In this document: positions 61,436 to 64,000 of the stretch, one piece after another | Numbering within the stretch: the stretch's first letter is position 1 | Layout of the letters: every line of letters starts with the position of its first letter | Assembly (NCBI GenBank): GCA_963514005.1 | Contig: OY740808.1 | Location: 11,532,001 to 11,596,000 of the forward strand | From: Raja brachyura | Taxonomy: Eukaryota | DNA length: 64,000 bases | Direction of reading: 5' to 3' | The notes under the pieces: generated by a model | Seen by the model: only the letters and a program-made list of their open reading frames with translations | Database searches by the model: none | What the model was told of the DNA's origin: nothing | Made by a program: the position numbers and the translations under genes

Positions 61436-61914
61436 ATACTCTAATCTCCTTTCAGTGAAGGCCAGAATATAATCCCCTTGGTAGCTGTAGTAATAATGTG
61501 AATCCTACATTGGAGTGTCCAGTTTTATCTCTCACCAACTCTGAGGAGTTTCTCATCATCTCAAGAAACAAAACACTCAATACCTGGTGTAGCATGAGTC
61601 TCAATTTACAGGCTTCAATTACACAGGTAAAAATGTCAGAAAACGGTTCACTTAAAGTGTGTGAGAAGCCAGATTTATGGAAACACGTTCTTCAAATATA
61701 AGCTTAGTATTTTTTGGCAGTAATGGAGGAAGTCCACTGTGATTGCCAATAATTTATGTGCTTTTCCTCAATTTTAGTTACAGGTGTGACTTGCATTATA
61801 AAAGCCCGATGATATCCATTCCGTTTCAGAATACCACAGTTCCTCTATCAGCTGTTGGGTGGGTGGAGTAATTGTTTTTGAGGGAATTGTCTGATTTTGT
61901 GTTCTGTAGAAGAG

Positions 61915-62430
61915 TACAGCACAGGAATGGACAAGTCCGACCATGATGACAATCTAACCTATTCCCATCTGCCTGCACAAGTTCCATATTCCTCTATTCC
62001 TGCCAGCACACACCTGTCTAAGTGCTTCTTAAATATTGTTATTGTTTCTGTTTCTATCACTTTCCCTGTCAGTGCATTCCTACTACCCTCTGCGTATTTT
62101 AAAAACACTTGCCTCTTAAATCTCTTTTAAACCTATCCCTCTCGTTATAAACACATGCCTTTAGTATTTTATATGTGCATCCACAGAACAAGACTGACCA
62201 ACCACCTTCTCTGCACCACTTAGAATTTTATATACTTCTATCACTTCGCCACTCAGCCCGATGCCCCAGCAAGAACAATCTATGTCCAACTTCCCCAAAT
62301 AATCCCCTAAACTAGCAGCATTCTGGTGAACCTCTTCTGCACCTTCTCAAAAAGCCTTCACATTCTTCATGAATTGACATGACCAGAATAGCACACATTA
62401 CTCCAAATGTGGCCTAACCAAAGTTTTTTA
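61915..62430 (-). mobile_element. Degraded CR1 3' fragment
   Basis: cacacctgtctaagtgcttcttaaat..gaccagaatagcacacattactccaaatgtggcctaacca. Confidence 0.7.
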
Positions 62431-63150
62431 TAGGTGTAGCAAAAAACAAACCACTGGAGGAACTGAGTCGGTCTGGCAGCTTCTTGGAGGGAAATGGACA
62501 GTTAATGTTAACAAAATTTAATCTGGACTCAATTCCAGCACATGTAGTCTCTTGTGTCTCCTTTAAATACAGCTGCAACACAGCTAGGCAACTTTTATGT
62601 GTGTTGGAAAGAACTGCAGATGCTGGTTAAAATCGATGCTAGACACAAAATGATGGAGTAACTCAGAGGTACAGGCAGCATCTCTGGCGAGAAGGAATGG
62701 GTGACGTTTCGGGTCAAGACCCTTCAGACTTCAGTAATGTGCCCTATGTTACCGACTGTAAATTCTCACACGAGCATTTTTAAGTTGGGAACTTGGCTGG
62801 AGTTGAGATATTATTAGAGAAGGTGTTGAATTACTGGTACAATGAACATGATAAAGACCTCTGCCAATTGTATTTGCTGTATAAGGAATAAAGCATATTT
62901 TTGAAATATAAAAAAATGATTATATTCAAATGACTTTCTACTATTTAATGTAACTGCATAGAGAAAGATTTACCTTTTACTAAGTGTTATACTTTTGAAA
63001 TTAACGACGAGTGTGTAAGATTAATATTCTTCCCATTTTTAATTCATAGCAGTTCTCTCCCCACTGGTTTTTCATCCCCAGTTTAAAAAATGATCAACAT
63101 CTGAAGGTAACGTCAGTTACCTCACCACTTAAATACTTCCATGTTTTCAG

Positions 63151-63261
63151 ATGCCCAGTGGACGCCTTTTCCATGCTGCAGCAGTAATTTCTGATGCAAT
63201 GTATATCTTTGGTGGGACAGTGGACAACAACGTGAGGAGTGGAGAGATGTATCGCTTTCAG
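63151..63261 (+). CDS. LZTR1: LZTR1 exon equivalent to human exon 11 (last Kelch repeat)
   Basis: ttttcag|[37 protein letters not shown]|gtaagg; 111 nt, phase 0/0; gene continues beyond the window. Confidence 0.96.
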
Positions 63262-64000
63262 GTAAGGGACGAGCCTATCTGCTTGTACATAGTTGCTCCT
63301 AATGAAGGACTATTATAAATAAATCATGCCTGATTATAATGACAGGAACTAAATCCTAAAGCATATACGGTTAGGAATTTGCAACATAGCTAAAGCACTA
63401 AACATAAATTGCAACATTAATTTCAAAAATGAATCTGCAAATGTTTTGCATTACTGAGAAAATTGAATTTATAACACTTCTTTCAAATACACTCTGGAAA
63501 TTGTTATTTATAAGATTAAGCATGCCAAATGAAAACTTTGAATTCTGTACAATTCCACAAAGCAAAAACTCGAGTGCCATTCCTTCATCAGTGTGTGATA
63601 AGTTTTGGAAGCTGGAAAGGTTAGAAAACAGGCATGTTTTAAGTTAAAGAAGAGGGAGGATTGGACAGAAACTAGGAAATGTCAGGAGACCGAGGTGATT
63701 ATGGATGACACAAATTAATTTGGCTAGAAGCGACGAGTAAAGGTTTGTAATAGCAGGTAAACAATTTTTTTTTAAAGCATTTTCTATTTTTATTCCAAAT
63801 TTCCAGCATCTGCAGTATAGTTGGGACAGAGTATATGCGGCAAGGAAAAAGGTTCAAGTCCAGGAACCATAAAATGTTGTCATCGGAGTTATTAGAAAAC
63901 ATGACTGAGCAAAAAGCCTACAAGCTTTCAAATGGAAGTTAAATTAGTGGGAGAAAAGAGTTGAAAGATAATTTGACAAACTGGGATATAGCATTTGGAA

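Noticed and set aside
61770-61870. Acceptor-like ttttag/ttacag as the missing LZTR1 exon 10
   Set aside because: Phase-0 reading hits TGA immediately from either AG.
63050-63106. Open phase-0 segment (QFSPHWFFIPSLKNDQHLK) between tag| and AAG|gtaacg as an extra LZTR1 exon
   Set aside because: It would leave only a 44-nt intron before 63151, too short for normal vertebrate splicing, and no homology is recognised.

Overview
Vertebrate genomic DNA; the repeat repertoire (HE1/V-SINE-like SINEs, abundant CR1, Penelope tails) suggests a cartilaginous fish such as a skate or ray (inference). The six-frame ORF track is mostly noise here because the only host gene is spliced. Positions 1-35.9 kb are intergenic and repeat-rich: nested CR1>L2>Tc1, a hAT-like element, a Helitron-like element, a Harbinger MITE, Rex1 and Vingi-like fragments, and a young 5'-truncated CR1 with an uninterrupted endonuclease-RT frame. 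A CpG-rich promoter at about 35.9-36.4 kb leads into LZTR1 (+ strand); ten coding exons of the Kelch domain can be read with GT-AG sites and consistent phases, and the gene continues past the window. The most notable object is a complete DIRS1-type tyrosine-recombinase retrotransposon (56649-61435) in sense orientation in the long LZTR1 intron after exon 9, with gag, RT/RNaseH/methyltransferase and YR frames all open. Its YR frame has no N-terminal ATG, but splice sites are placed so that the pol ATG can be spliced in frame onto YR. The same acceptor is phase-compatible with LZTR1 exon 9. All family assignments come from motif recognition, not database searches.
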